Shown in pieces: positions 1 through 10,509 of a stretch of DNA of 55,561 bases. The stretch is taken from positions 1-55,561 of IMG/VR virus record IMGVR_UViG_3300031963_000186. The stretch is one strand, 5' to 3'. A model generated the notes under the pieces. It was not told where the DNA came from. It saw only the letters and a program-made list of their open reading frames with translations, and made no database searches. Source of the stretch: a virus (taxonomy: Duplodnaviria; Caudoviricetes). The position numbers and the translations under genes are program-made. Each line of letters begins with the position of its first letter. The first letter of the stretch is position 1.

Positions 1-707
1 GACGTAAACGAGGAGTTGGCAGAGACGGTTATCGCCCCAGTAACCCCCAACGTCGTGCCGTTCCATGTTAGGTTTGCGGAATCAACTAAATTGCCCCCCG
101 TACCGGCGTAAGTAACGCGACCTGAAGTCAACGAAGAATCAGTAAAGTCGGCGACGGTCAGCGTTGTGCCATTAAAGGTCATGTTAGCAGAGTCAACCAG
201 CAGACCACCCGTGCTTGCATAAGGTACGCGGGTAGAGGTCAATGACCCCACAGTTAAGTTTGTGCCTAAGAAAAGGCTACGTGGACGAGTAGCCCCTGAC
301 GCACCGATGTCGTACGTGTTGTCGGTGAAGATCAGATTACTGGTGATCGTGCTGTTGACCGTAAGGGTATCTGCCGACGAGTCTCCAACAGTTACGTTGC
401 CGTCTAGCTGAAAACCTCCTGTGACCTGCAGTTTGCTAACAACGACGGATCCTGTACCATTTGGCGTAATGTTAATGTTGCCGTTGGTGTTAGTGCTGCT
501 GATCGTGTTGCCATCGACCTGAATGTTGTCGATGTTTAGGATTGTCGGGTTGGTGCCAATCTCAACGACGGTACCACTACCGTTCTTAGTATATAGGCGC
601 TTGTCAAATGTGTTGACGGCCAATTCTGCACCGCCAGCTGCATTAGTTAGGTCACCAGGAGCCGGTGCCCCAGTAGTGTCCTTCTTCTTGGTCAGAATGG
701 TTGTCAT
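1..707 (-). CDS. Tail fibre/virion protein, runs off the left edge (partial)
   Basis: Not in the ORF track. ATG at 707 overlaps the TGA of the upstream gene. Translation MTTILTKKKDTTGAPAPGDL..AELAVNTFDKRLY.. with internal repeat SLTSxRVxYAxTGGxLVDSANxTxNGTTL, typical of fibre proteins. Confidence 0.75.
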   Translation of the reverse strand, partial: MTTILTKKKDTTGAPAPGDLTNAAGGAELAVNTFDKRLYTKNGSGTVVEIGTNPTILNIDNIQVDGNTISSTNTNGNINITPNGTGSVVVSKLQVTGGFQLDGNVTVGDSSADTLTVNSTITSNLIFTDNTYDIGASGATRPRSLFLGTNLTVGSLTSTRVPYASTGGLLVDSANMTFNGTTLTVADFTDSSLTSGRVTYAGTGGNLVDSANLTWNGTTLGVTGAITVSANSSFT

Positions 708-3310
708 GCGTAAGTTCCTCCAGGGATGGTGTCAGTCCAAGTGGGCGAACCTGTACCCCCTGAGATTAAAAAATAACCAGATGTTCCAGCTGCACTAAAG
801 TCATAAGCGGAACCTGTCCCGTAAGCCACGGCCCCCGCTGTTGGTGTTGCTGTAGCATTGGTGCCTCCATTAGCAATAGGTAATGTTCCACTTACGTGGG
901 TCGTCAAACCAATCTTACCATAACTTGGAGCCGCTCCAACACCACCGGAGATTAAAGCATTGCCAGTTGCCACATCAGACAACTTAGTCAGGCTAGTAGT
1001 TGTATCAGCTACTAAAAGATCCCCAATCGTGTAGCTAGATTGGCCTGTACCACCATAAAGGGCCGCAATAGTGCTAGCGTTCCATGTACCTGCTGTCAGT
1101 GTACCAACCCCGGTGATCCCAGTATATGAGCCGCTGATATAGGCCGATCCCACAACGCCCGAGGTGATCTGGTTGCCATCAATAGCAATCGACACCGTCG
1201 CGGCAGTCGTTAGCTGCCCTTGGGCGTTGACTGTAAAGGTGCCCACAGCCGACGACGAACCATAAGCCGCCGCAGTTACCCCAGTGTTGGTGATGCTGAA
1301 CTGACTACCAGTGAGGGTCAGCCCAGTGCCTGCCGTATAGGTTCCAGCCCCAGAGAACTGCTGCCAGACAATAGCATCGGTGCCGACAATCGTGACCGGG
1401 TTAGTCTGCACCCAGCCCGTATTCGCATACTGAGTGCCGTTAGACACAAACGTAAAGTCACCGCTGGCAATCTCAGTCGAGGTGTCAAAATCCGTCGCCC
1501 GAGTCAGTACCGTTCCACCAGTTGCCCAAGTGTAAATACCGTTGTTTGCTTGCGTGGCTTCGTTCTTGACCAAAATCCGGTTAGTCGGCTGCAGGGTGTA
1601 GCCATCAAGAATCGTCAGCGGGTTCGACAAAGTCAGCGTAGCGCCTACCCCTGCCGTGCCGTTGTTGTAGGTAACCGTACCGCCGGTAATCGACGCCAGG
1701 GTCCCTGTGGTCGCTGCCGCGCAAGACGCATGGACATGCAGACCTTCAGCTACGGCGTCCACATACTGCTTTGTGGCTAACTGCAAGGCCGAAGTCGGGT
1801 CTTGCGTAACGGCTACCGAAGTTAGTCCACCTAAAGTCGTTGTCGAGCCGCCTAGAGAGACGGCAGTCGTGCCGATCGTTATCGAAGAGTTATCAAGCGC
1901 AACATTCGGGATATTGGTTAATGTGTTGGTGGCGCCAGAGATCGACTTATTTGTCAGCGTCTGGGTGCCGTTCAAAGTCACGACGGTCGAATCAATTGCA
2001 ATCGTGACGGCTGTCGAGCCGTTAAAGCTGGTGCCCTGTAAACCGGTCCCTATTGTTAAGGCGGCAGTCGTACTAGCGGTGATTGTCCCAGAGGCCCCAA
2101 GAGCCACTGAAACACCATTAAACGTCGTAGACGAGTTGACCAGTGACGAATTTCCAATGTTCGTCAGCGTGTTGTCAGGACCATTGATAGTCTTACCAGT
2201 CAACGTCTGGATACCTGTCAACGTTGCGACCGTGCTGTCAATGCTGATGGTCTTGGCTGTTGATCCATCAAATGTCGACCCGGAATTCAGTTGGAGACCG
2301 GTTCCGGCGGTCAGTGCAGCTGTCGTACTAGCGGTGATCGTTCCAGATCCCCCCAGTGCAACATTGACCCCGTTATACGTGACAGAACTGTTGGTCAGGG
2401 AAGCATTACCAATGTCTGTAAAGGTATTTAACGCCCCTGAAAGAGTCTTGCCAGTCAACGTTGCAGGAATGTCGGCATTGACTAATAGTCTAAACGTGGT
2501 CGGTGCTGGAGAACCTGACGTGGGACCTGCATATACGTAGTTGGCCGGTTGATCTACAACAATTAAAGCAGATCCCCAAGTCGGCGCAGAAGATCCCCCA
2601 GACAAAAGAACTTGACTTGGAAGTCCTTGAGTAGTTTGTGCAAAACCGGTTCCGTCGTTATACCAAACGGCACCTTGGACATTATTTAATACTTGTTGAC
2701 CCGTACCGCCTTGTGTCAGCGGCAAGATACCTGTGACCTCAGTTGCATCTGCTAGGTCAACGGCTGGGTGAACGTGATCTCCACGGGCAGCTTCCGAAGC
2801 CACGCCAGACGTGGCAGACCCTACTGCAAGAGGTGTTGCATTAGAAAAATTGACACTCAGGGTCCTGTTAGCTTGAAGATTTCCGCCGCCAGTTAAGCCA
2901 GTGCCTGCAATGATCTGCCTAGTATCAGGAACATACCCAATGATGACTAGGGAGGCCTCAGTGACATTTGTGACCTGACCCTGGGCATTTACTGTCACCA
3001 CAGGAACCATGGTCCCGGAGCCATACGTACCAGCCGCAACGCCCGTTGGTGCAAGCTTGTCCGTCGTTACGCCTGCCGTAGCAATGCTCAAGGTACGGTC
3101 AGCAGACAAGTTACCGCCACCTTGCAGGCCGCCACCAGTGCTGATCAAGCGGCTTGCAGGAACTGAAATGGTCGACTGGAGGTCAATAAACTGAACCTGA
3201 TATGTGACCCCACCAATGACGCAAACCATTGTGGCCGTCGGCGTCGGGTTTGGCGCAACGGGAAGGTCTGTGATCTTTGTCGGGACCAGATTTGATGGTA
3301 CTGTCGTCAT
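704..3310 (-). CDS. Long Thr/Gly-rich tail fibre or virion structural protein (868 aa)
   Basis: Thr/Gly/Ser-rich; repeated TLTxKTIxGxxNTLTNIxNxxLxNSS and AGTGL units; structural context. Confidence 0.75.
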   Translation of the reverse strand: MTTVPSNLVPTKITDLPVAPNPTPTATMVCVIGGVTYQVQFIDLQSTISVPASRLISTGGGLQGGGNLSADRTLSIATAGVTTDKLAPTGVAAGTYGSGTMVPVVTVNAQGQVTNVTEASLVIIGYVPDTRQIIAGTGLTGGGNLQANRTLSVNFSNATPLAVGSATSGVASEAARGDHVHPAVDLADATEVTGILPLTQGGTGQQVLNNVQGAVWYNDGTGFAQTTQGLPSQVLLSGGSSAPTWGSALIVVDQPANYVYAGPTSGSPAPTTFRLLVNADIPATLTGKTLSGALNTFTDIGNASLTNSSVTYNGVNVALGGSGTITASTTAALTAGTGLQLNSGSTFDGSTAKTISIDSTVATLTGIQTLTGKTINGPDNTLTNIGNSSLVNSSTTFNGVSVALGASGTITASTTAALTIGTGLQGTSFNGSTAVTIAIDSTVVTLNGTQTLTNKSISGATNTLTNIPNVALDNSSITIGTTAVSLGGSTTTLGGLTSVAVTQDPTSALQLATKQYVDAVAEGLHVHASCAAATTGTLASITGGTVTYNNGTAGVGATLTLSNPLTILDGYTLQPTNRILVKNEATQANNGIYTWATGGTVLTRATDFDTSTEIASGDFTFVSNGTQYANTGWVQTNPVTIVGTDAIVWQQFSGAGTYTAGTGLTLTGSQFSITNTGVTAAAYGSSSAVGTFTVNAQGQLTTAATVSIAIDGNQITSGVVGSAYISGSYTGITGVGTLTAGTWNASTIAALYGGTGQSSYTIGDLLVADTTTSLTKLSDVATGNALISGGVGAAPSYGKIGLTTHVSGTLPIANGGTNATATPTAGAVAYGTGSAYDFSAAGTSGYFLISGGTGSPTWTDTIPGGTYA

Positions 3311-3618
3311 TACTCAGGTTCCGGAAAGAGATAGCCGTTATTTGAACTGATCAAGAAGTTGTTATCATCTTCTGTGACTAGTCCATCGGGATCGCTGTAC
3401 AACGGAGCATCTGGCCTGACAAAAGGCAAGACGATTTGATCGGGTTGGCGAGGCGGCAGACGATATGGATCGAGATTGTCAAGATCTTCTTTGCAGACTC
3501 GAAGCCCTGGTGAATTAGGGTCGGAGTACAAAGCATCAAGCGACATCTTCCGCCGGCAACGGTCACACACGCCGATGCCCAGCGTGCTATTGCCACGGGT
3601 GTCCAGCCAAATGCTCAT
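3310..3618 (-). CDS. Small Cys-containing phage protein (head/neck region)
   Basis: CDRC and RVC motifs; overlaps both neighbours. Confidence 0.6.
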   Translation of the reverse strand: MSIWLDTRGNSTLGIGVCDRCRRKMSLDALYSDPNSPGLRVCKEDLDNLDPYRLPPRQPDQIVLPFVRPDAPLYSDPDGLVTEDDNNFLISSNNGYLFPEPE

Positions 3619-4601
3619 CTTGTGTACACCGCAATGTTAGGCGTGAGATAGATCGGGCTATCGTCACGTTCTTCATTCTCTGCTTCGATGAGTGCTCGTT
3701 GTGCCTTTTGATCCAAGATTGAGATCATCTGCGGATCAACAGTCGGAATCTCTTCAGCAAGCTTAGCGGCTAGCTGATAGACCATGGCATCATACCAGCG
3801 CTGTGGTACCTCTATCTCTTGCGTCAAGTTACCGACGTCCATGATGTATCTCTTGATCCAGACGACGACTTGCGCAGTCACAAACTGGGCAGATGGCACA
3901 GGCCATAGATACAAGATTGGATTATTCAGCTGACGATTGACCCAGAACTGCAGGGGGCGACCTTGAAACTGTTTATTTGGCAAGTTCACATAATCATCAC
4001 GGTTTAGGCGAGCCATCGGGATCTCTGTAGGCGTGTTGCCTAAAAAGACATTGGCTGCATTCAAGTTGCCCGATGTCGACCTGACCCTAAAATAAAATGT
4101 GGCTAGCGCCCCTTCAATGTCGTACCAGGTGTAAGTCCCAGTTCCCGTACTTGGATTTGTTTCTGTAGCAACAGTTGTCCAAATAGCTCCATCGTCTGAG
4201 GTCTCAAAGGCAACGGACGTTGATAGACCAGACCACTCTATACCGATATTCGTGACCTGGGTCTGGGTCGCAAATTCGGTGGTAACAATGGTTGATGTTT
4301 GGGTCTCAGTGCCACTGACTTGCTGCAGGGTGCGTAGGTTAGTGTTGAGAATGTCGACGATGCCGTTTGGCATCTCGATCAGGCCCTGAGCCTCATAGAG
4401 AGGCATAAGGTACCGCTCAATGCACCAGAGCTGCAGGCCTCTGTTGGCCAGGGCACTGAGGATGAGATAAAGATTTTCGAGAGCAACTTGCAATTGCTCG
4501 GAACTGACGCCCTCAGGCGGTAGCCGGCAACGACGAAACGCGTGGTCTACGACCTTGCGAGTATTGAATACCGTCTGACTAACTGTGCCTGAAACTGCCA
4601 C
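3615..4601 (-). CDS. Putative head-tail adaptor/neck protein
   Basis: Helical N-terminus (VVDHAFRRC..ALENLYLILSALAN), GRPLQFW and LYLWPVP motifs, helical C-terminus; position after capsid genes. Confidence 0.6.
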   Translation of the reverse strand: MAVSGTVSQTVFNTRKVVDHAFRRCRLPPEGVSSEQLQVALENLYLILSALANRGLQLWCIERYLMPLYEAQGLIEMPNGIVDILNTNLRTLQQVSGTETQTSTIVTTEFATQTQVTNIGIEWSGLSTSVAFETSDDGAIWTTVATETNPSTGTGTYTWYDIEGALATFYFRVRSTSGNLNAANVFLGNTPTEIPMARLNRDDYVNLPNKQFQGRPLQFWVNRQLNNPILYLWPVPSAQFVTAQVVVWIKRYIMDVGNLTQEIEVPQRWYDAMVYQLAAKLAEEIPTVDPQMISILDQKAQRALIEAENEERDDSPIYLTPNIAVYTR

Positions 4602-4667
4602 CGGATCTGCTCCTCGAGAAAATAAGTGGTTTGCCGATTCAGCAGACCCGGAATGGTTTATTAAATT

Positions 4668-5600
4668 TTACTTCATTCGTCCAACTTTGGGCATCTTAGA
4701 GAACGTGGGCACGCCACCTCGTTTGAGTCTGGCAGCAGCTCCTGGGCCATGGGCCTGGGAAGCCGGCATGTCGGCATGCTTTTTCAGCTTAGATTCAACC
4801 GAACCACCGCTTTTGTAGTTCTGGCGGTTGGTCATCCTGGCCCGTTCAGCCTCTGTTGGGGCAGCACCTGCACGATTTCTTATTTCCCGGTCGGCTTGCT
4901 GGGCTTTGCGGATCATCTCCATCTCCCGCATGCCTTGAGTAGACCTTGCTCGCTCGCCTTCGGTGACAGAAGAGCCATATTTGCGGCTTAATTCTGACAA
5001 AATGTCCTCATTTGCCTCTTCTCGTTGAGAATCGCGCGCTTTTGGCATAGAGATTTGGCCGCCATCGGCCTTTTTAGTGGCTTTTCGGCCTTCGGACAGG
5101 GCAATTGCAATGGCTTGCTTAGGATTTTTCACCACGGGGCCATTTTTTCCTGAATGCAAGGTCCCTTCCTTGAATTCGGACATGACCGTGCCTACTTTTT
5201 TCTGCATCTTGGTCTTACCGCCATCTTTCATGGCAGTTGGCTCAGTCATCTCGTGCTTAATCATCTCCATGGGCGCCTTGGCCTTACGGAGCATAGAAAC
5301 TTCGGCCTTTTTTGTAGCCGGAGTGTCCATCTCGCCCTTAACTTCACGCACTTCGTGCTTAATCAGGGCCTTTGGAGCACCTGCTTTTTTCAAAAGAGCA
5401 ACTTCTCGTTTAACGACGGCCTCTGGCTCGCGTTTTGCGGTCATCTTTTGATCATTTTTGGCCTGACCACCCTTTTTCATGCCGTGCGGCTGATCATAGG
5501 TTGCCTTAGATATGCCCTTAGTGGAGCGATATGAGCCTGTTGTGGGCCTAGTATTAGGCTGGGAGAATGAAAAGTCACCGTATTTCAAAGTTTTTCCCAT
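4668..5600 (-). CDS. Lys/Met-rich basic protein with five xxxGG motifs, probable internal virion protein
   Basis: Start moved to ATG 5600 (AAGGA upstream). Contains VMSEFKEGTLHSG..KQAIAIALSE and MKKGG/MKDGG/KADGG/YKSGG/LKRGG. Confidence 0.65.
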   Translation of the reverse strand: MGKTLKYGDFSFSQPNTRPTTGSYRSTKGISKATYDQPHGMKKGGQAKNDQKMTAKREPEAVVKREVALLKKAGAPKALIKHEVREVKGEMDTPATKKAEVSMLRKAKAPMEMIKHEMTEPTAMKDGGKTKMQKKVGTVMSEFKEGTLHSGKNGPVVKNPKQAIAIALSEGRKATKKADGGQISMPKARDSQREEANEDILSELSRKYGSSVTEGERARSTQGMREMEMIRKAQQADREIRNRAGAAPTEAERARMTNRQNYKSGGSVESKLKKHADMPASQAHGPGAAARLKRGGVPTFSKMPKVGRMK

Positions 5601-5601
5601 G

Positions 5602-5799
5602 TCATTTCCTTTTTGCGGCAGCCCGCATGTTATCAACAAGGTTGGGATATGGGCGTCCGGCTGCTTTTGCTGAAGCCTTGGCGCTAGCTTTTGCAGCCGG
5701 CGAGAGTTTTTTAGGTTTGGGCAGATCCTTTGGCCTTGGACTATCCCAAGGTGCTTTTACTTTGCCTCCACGTTTGAAGGCCATCTTTTGTCCGATCAT
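5602..5799 (-). CDS. Small basic protein
   Basis: Start moved to ATG 5799, just after the upstream stop; Lys/Ala-rich, FKRGG and AGRPYPNLVDNM. Confidence 0.6.
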   Translation of the reverse strand: MIGQKMAFKRGGKVKAPWDSPRPKDLPKPKKLSPAAKASAKASAKAAGRPYPNLVDNMRAAAKRK

Positions 5800-5800
5800 G

Positions 5801-6118
5801 TCAGCAATCCCATTTGTTGAGTGCAAGAGCCTTCCTAGTAGGCCTACCCTTATCATCCTTCATAGGGCCTGGCATACCGGACATACGGGCACAAAAACTT
5901 TTACGTCGGCCTGCTGCTTTTGGGCTTTTTGCGGCTTGTTTTGAAGATACAGGAGGCTTCAAGTCGCCGCCGGTTTGTCGATTGTAAGCATCTCGACCCT
6001 TTTGATTCAACCCGCCCTTAGGATTTTGACCTTCTTTGCGAGCCCAAACTGCCCCGCCTTTTGCAACAAATACGGTCTCACCTTTTTTACCAAACTTAAA
6101 ATCGTTCACGGCCATCAT
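5801..6118 (-). CDS. Small basic phage protein
   Basis: KGGLNQKGR..RRKSFCARMSGM..LNKWDC; start overlaps upstream stop. Confidence 0.65.
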   Translation of the reverse strand: MMAVNDFKFGKKGETVFVAKGGAVWARKEGQNPKGGLNQKGRDAYNRQTGGDLKPPVSSKQAAKSPKAAGRRKSFCARMSGMPGPMKDDKGRPTRKALALNKWDC

Positions 6119-6714
6119 TGCACCTGTGAAGCGATGAAAATTGCGGACGGTATTGCTGGGGCAGCATACGGAGATACTTGAGCAGCATCGTAACGAAGAG
6201 ACACGGCTGTATTGTTCACTGCAAATATGTATTGCAGGTAATCTCCTGCCGTAGCATTAAAGAACGTATTCAGTTCAAAGATGGTAGTGCCACCATCGGC
6301 TGCTTTTGGCACTGAAATAATTGAACCTGAGGTGGCTATGTCGCTTCCATTCTTGCGCTGCCATATACGCAGCGTGTGATCGGCCGCATCAGAATTGTCT
6401 ACTTGCAAGTTAATACTAACCTCATAAAGGCCTGTATTTGCAAACGTGATCTGAGTCGGATTACCACTACCGTCATTGACAACACTTATGTCATTTGAAA
6501 CATCAGTGGTGCCTAGTCGCACGGCTGTTGGCGTATTAAGCGCTGCCGTTTGATCAACGAGACTGTATGCTTGAATGTAAGCGTTGTCGAGAACGTACTC
6601 TTTAATTTGGGTAGCTGTAATCTTGACTGACGAAGCGGTTTGCACCGCTTCGAACAGCTCTGTCCCGATCAGTGTTGTCCCAGAGGTTAGGTCTGTAATC
6701 TTGACGTTTGCCAT
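6115..6714 (-). CDS. Virion protein with beta-sandwich (C1q/BclA-C-like) C-terminus
   Basis: N-terminal VKITDL anchor motif as in 704..3310; QITFANTGLYEVSINLQ and GDYLQY strands. Confidence 0.55.
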   Translation of the reverse strand: MANVKITDLTSGTTLIGTELFEAVQTASSVKITATQIKEYVLDNAYIQAYSLVDQTAALNTPTAVRLGTTDVSNDISVVNDGSGNPTQITFANTGLYEVSINLQVDNSDAADHTLRIWQRKNGSDIATSGSIISVPKAADGGTTIFELNTFFNATAGDYLQYIFAVNNTAVSLRYDAAQVSPYAAPAIPSAIFIASQVQ

Positions 6715-6716
6715 GA

Positions 6717-7337
6717 TTAAGCCGTAGACTGTTGGGTTACGGTAAATCGCAGCGTGCCATCACCTGAATTGATCACGTAACGGACTGCTCGCATCAGCAC
6801 AGTTGTTGAGGCTGTGTGGTCAACGGCGCAAGTCGTAAAGACCGAGTCGGGATGAGCAACGGCTTGATGCACAAAGCTATTATCAAACGGGTCCTCATTA
6901 GTGTACTCAACAGAGTAATCAACCGTCCCGTTGACTGAGGCTGAGATGGTCGTCACCTGATTAGGTGTATAGATGTCCAATGGCATCCATGCGCTATAGC
7001 CACCGTCAGCATTGCCTGCCTCAACGTCATCAGACGTTGCATCGTCTGCAGCGATTGACGTGATAGTTGCAAATGTTAACGTAGAAGTGACCGTACCAGC
7101 ATTGCCGCCGGCGATTGTCTCGCTTTGAGTTTGGCCAGATGGTCCTGTACCAGTGATCGTGAAGTTCACGCCCGTCTCATCTCCGACAGACGTGATGGTC
7201 ACATAGCAAGGAGGATCTAACGTTACTGTCGACGAGACCAGGGTGAGGTCACCCGCAAGAGCCAGTGTTTGGGCCAGGGCCACTGAATCGGTGACCGCAT
7301 TGCCAAAACTTGGCGTGATGATTTGAATTGGTCTCAT
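6717..7337 (-). CDS. Virion structural protein
   Basis: Thr-rich beta-type sequence, RBS AGGAG, located after capsid genes. Confidence 0.55.
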   Translation of the reverse strand: MRPIQIITPSFGNAVTDSVALAQTLALAGDLTLVSSTVTLDPPCYVTITSVGDETGVNFTITGTGPSGQTQSETIAGGNAGTVTSTLTFATITSIAADDATSDDVEAGNADGGYSAWMPLDIYTPNQVTTISASVNGTVDYSVEYTNEDPFDNSFVHQAVAHPDSVFTTCAVDHTASTTVLMRAVRYVINSGDGTLRFTVTQQSTA

Positions 7338-7384
7338 GCTTTTCTCCTGTGGTTAGAGAGCCGGGAACAAGTCCCGGCGCTTCA

Positions 7385-8362
7385 TTAAGCCTGGGTTACG
7401 CCCAAGGCGCCCACACGAGTTGCATTAGGACCGACTGCAATACCAGGCAACAGGATACCCATGACTAGGCGCTTGATACCGTCGCAAGCACCAGAAGGCA
7501 AGTAGGTTCCACGAACGTCACCAGTAGTCGTCGTTGCAGTTGCTGTCGCAGCGGCTACAAAGGTACCAGCATCGCGAGCTAGGGTATTGTTGTAACCAAC
7601 AGAGGCTAGGTAACCGGCATCGGTGACTCGAACAGGCAAGCCGATGATGTCGGTGGTGCCCACAGCAATAGTGGCTCCACAGTCACCAGCAACTGCAACT
7701 TGACTGACCTGATAGAAAGCCTTCTTACCGTTGACGGTAGTCGACTGGGTGGTGCCTGTAGCGATCACTTCTGACATGGCTTGACCGTAATAGTCAAAAC
7801 CTGATACGGTCACATTGGTGTCTGCAATAGTACCTGCACCGATTGTGATTGCAACGGCACGGGGGCAGTCAAGCTGGATCACAGACGTACCGGCCACGGT
7901 AGTGGCTGCCTTAGTACCTGCTCCTGCAGCCAAGGTTGCATCACCAGCGACCGCATAGCTAGCAGCAGCAGAGATGTTGTTTGTCAACTTGGCTTGAGGA
8001 ATCACGTCGAAGACGTAGATACGACCAAGGGGACCGACACCGCGCTCCATTGGAGACGAGTCATCTAGCAAGGCATTGCCATTGGCGTACATGGTTGTTG
8101 AACCAGCACTTTGGCTATTGTTGACGGTATAGGTGCCAACGCCGCCTCCACCGGTGCCAAAAGCTGTGATGTAAGTGCCGTTGGTGACACCTGAACCATC
8201 GATGTACTGGCCCAAACGAATTGGATCACCTGACAGCATGGCTGTCACGGTCAAGGTAGTAGTTGTGATGGATCCTGTAAATGTCGATTGGGCAGGCTGT
8301 AGACCATTACCCATGGCGGTCTGTGCAGGACCTAAAAAGAGATCATCTGAAAACTGAGGCAT
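7385..8362 (-). CDS. Minor capsid/decoration-type structural protein
   Basis: Gly/Thr/Ala-rich 325 aa, RBS AAGGAG, immediately downstream of the major capsid gene. Confidence 0.55.
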   Translation of the reverse strand: MPQFSDDLFLGPAQTAMGNGLQPAQSTFTGSITTTTLTVTAMLSGDPIRLGQYIDGSGVTNGTYITAFGTGGGGVGTYTVNNSQSAGSTTMYANGNALLDDSSPMERGVGPLGRIYVFDVIPQAKLTNNISAAASYAVAGDATLAAGAGTKAATTVAGTSVIQLDCPRAVAITIGAGTIADTNVTVSGFDYYGQAMSEVIATGTTQSTTVNGKKAFYQVSQVAVAGDCGATIAVGTTDIIGLPVRVTDAGYLASVGYNNTLARDAGTFVAAATATATTTTGDVRGTYLPSGACDGIKRLVMGILLPGIAVGPNATRVGALGVTQA

Positions 8363-8395
8363 TTTGTCTTCTCCTTGAAAAGCTTGACAAAAGTT

Positions 8396-8429
8396 AAAAA
8401 ATGGGGAACCGACTTATGTCAGCTCCCCA
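8396..8429 (-). terminator. Intrinsic terminator after the major capsid gene
   Basis: Minus strand GGGGAGCTGAC-ATAA-GTCGGTTCCCC followed by ATTTTTT. Confidence 0.7.
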
Positions 8430-8435
8430 CAAGGA

Positions 8436-9350
8436 TCAGATACCAGGAGTACCGTAGACGGTACGTGGATCTGTCCAGCCAGGGATATAACGCTCGGTCG
8501 CCTTGTAGCGCATAGAGTCGGTTTCGAAATCACCTTCCATGCTCTTCTCAAGCTTGCGACGCATCATCAGCTGCAGACCAACTTGCGCGTCAGTCTTCAC
8601 CCACCAAGCGGTATTTGAAGTCAAACGAGACAGGTTAGCTTGGCCACCACCCAACATGCCCATCGACTTGATTGGGTTGATGTCGTTGTTGCCAGTGCCT
8701 GCGCGCAAGACGGACTTGAGCAGCACTTCAGCCTGGAACACGTTAGCCGGGCTCACGACCAGCTTTTCAGGTGTCAGACGAATACGCTTGCCGTTGTTGT
8801 CTACAGCTTGACGAATCTGGATCAGGATCTGTTCCAGAGAAGTCTGCGACAGGTTAGCAGCTGTGGTCAGCTGGTTGCTGAACGTACCAGAAGCGATCGG
8901 ATGAGCTGTGTTAACCAGCGACACGCCGTCACCACCGGTGTACGAGCCGTTAAAGGCACGGTTCAGGATGTTGGCGCACAAAGTCTCCTTGGTCTCGATC
9001 AACGACTGTGCCAAGTGCTTGGCGTAGGTTTGACCGATGGCAATGTGATCGCCGTCTTCTACGAGGACCTTGGTCAAGGCAAATGCCAGACCGTAGACCT
9101 TATAGACGTAGCGAGCATTGAACAGGACACCACCAGATTGGTAAGTGACCGGCATGCCGTCAGGGAGTTCAGGAGCCGCACCAAAACCGTAGAGCACAGG
9201 CTCTTCATGGTAGTTACGGGGGATACCTTGGCGCTCGTTGAATACTTGCTTCCATTCATCGGCGCGTTGGTCGTACAAGCCGTCAAACTCTTCATTAAGT
9301 ATGGGCTCAACAATGGACCGAAAGTCCGTACTTCTCATTGGGACAGCCAT
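8436..9350 (-). CDS. Major capsid protein
   Basis: 304 aa; follows scaffold and decoration genes; PEKLVVSP, EGDFETDSMRYKATERY..GWTDPRTVYGTPG C-terminus typical of HK97-fold capsids; strong RBS and own terminator. Confidence 0.85.
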   Translation of the reverse strand: MAVPMRSTDFRSIVEPILNEEFDGLYDQRADEWKQVFNERQGIPRNYHEEPVLYGFGAAPELPDGMPVTYQSGGVLFNARYVYKVYGLAFALTKVLVEDGDHIAIGQTYAKHLAQSLIETKETLCANILNRAFNGSYTGGDGVSLVNTAHPIASGTFSNQLTTAANLSQTSLEQILIQIRQAVDNNGKRIRLTPEKLVVSPANVFQAEVLLKSVLRAGTGNNDINPIKSMGMLGGGQANLSRLTSNTAWWVKTDAQVGLQLMMRRKLEKSMEGDFETDSMRYKATERYIPGWTDPRTVYGTPGI

Positions 9351-9362
9351 GTTTTAGCCTCC

Positions 9363-9926
9363 TTAGTAAGCGTTGATGGTTGCCACGTTCTGGTGCTCAG
9401 AAATCTGCACTTGAACAATGGTATACGCATCGCCCCAATTGTTGTCGGGACCAGGAGTGATGCCGATAACGCGCATTTGGGCGGTGCTGCCAGATGTGAC
9501 GACCGAACCGGTGTCCAATACGGCTTGGCTAATACCAGTCACGGTGCTACCCGCGGTGATACTGCCGAAGTTGAACTGGTTACCGATGTTAGTCACGTTT
9601 ACACTGCCATTGGCCTGGATCTGGTAAACGATCGTGGGGTCAATGGTGATGTAAGCCGTGATGTCGGTCGCTGGCGTGTTTGCCAGAAACTTGTTGGAAA
9701 CACGACGGCGGCCATCGCCATCGGTGAATTCAACGCCTTGGAAAGTGCCGACGAACGGATCGCCAACAGTCGCTGGAACTACGACACCATCCGTGCTGAT
9801 CTTGACGGGCTGGTTGAGTAGCAGAGTGACTGCAGCGTTGTTCGCCAGCGTGAAGGCTGCTGGCCGGACGAAACCACTTGCGTGGTACACCGGCTGGAAG
9901 CCAAAAGGTGCACTGGTAGAAGACAT
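9363..9926 (-). CDS. Putative capsid decoration/cement protein
   Basis: APFGFQPV start, VGTFQGVEF and DPTIVYQIQ motifs; directly upstream of the capsid gene. Confidence 0.6.
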   Translation of the reverse strand: MSSTSAPFGFQPVYHASGFVRPAAFTLANNAAVTLLLNQPVKISTDGVVVPATVGDPFVGTFQGVEFTDGDGRRRVSNKFLANTPATDITAYITIDPTIVYQIQANGSVNVTNIGNQFNFGSITAGSTVTGISQAVLDTGSVVTSGSTAQMRVIGITPGPDNNWGDAYTIVQVQISEHQNVATINAY

Positions 9927-9961
9927 TTGCTAGTTCCTCATAAAGGGAATTGACAATCCCA

Positions 9962-10495
9962 TCAGGATTCTTCAAAGACTCCATGACGGGGGTTGTTGCG
10001 CAAGTCCTGCATACCGTCACCCTCAATGATACGTCCACCAGCTGCTGCAGCGCTTTCCTTGATTCCATCTAGGACGGCTGTAAGCTTTTCATCTTCGCGA
10101 GCAGGCGCGTCATGATGGGCTTCAGCCATGTAGCGTTGATAAAGAGACATTGGCAACTTAAATGCCAGCATCTCGTTGACACCAATGAACCCTGTCCATT
10201 CGCCTGTCTTAATGGTAACGTATTCCCAGCCAGGCACGTCTTCGGGTTTAATAGGTTCATAGCCCAACCGGATTCGCATCTGAATGGAATCACGGGGGTT
10301 TGTGGTGGTCAACCAGCAAGTGTGGTATCCGGGCAACTTCGGTAAATCAGGAAGTGCGTCTTGGAAAAATTGAGATCTGAACATCTCAACGCGGTCGTCA
10401 TCGCTGATGGCGCGGTTCTCAGTCACTGGGCGATCAGCGGCTGCTCTAGACTGGCGCGAGACGTCAGCGGTTCGTTTCAATCTTTCATCGGTCAT
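9962..10495 (-). CDS. Head-module protein of unknown function
   Basis: 177 aa with RBS AAGGAG between scaffold and decoration genes. Confidence 0.6.
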   Translation of the reverse strand: MTDERLKRTADVSRQSRAAADRPVTENRAISDDDRVEMFRSQFFQDALPDLPKLPGYHTCWLTTTNPRDSIQMRIRLGYEPIKPEDVPGWEYVTIKTGEWTGFIGVNEMLAFKLPMSLYQRYMAEAHHDAPAREDEKLTAVLDGIKESAAAAGGRIIEGDGMQDLRNNPRHGVFEES

Positions 10496-10509
10496 TTTCT
10501 CACTCCTTT

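Noticed and set aside
1850-2460. Repeated segments in the 868-aa gene as CRISPR or DGR repeats
   Set aside because: Degenerate in-frame protein repeats; no spacer structure and no reverse transcriptase in the window
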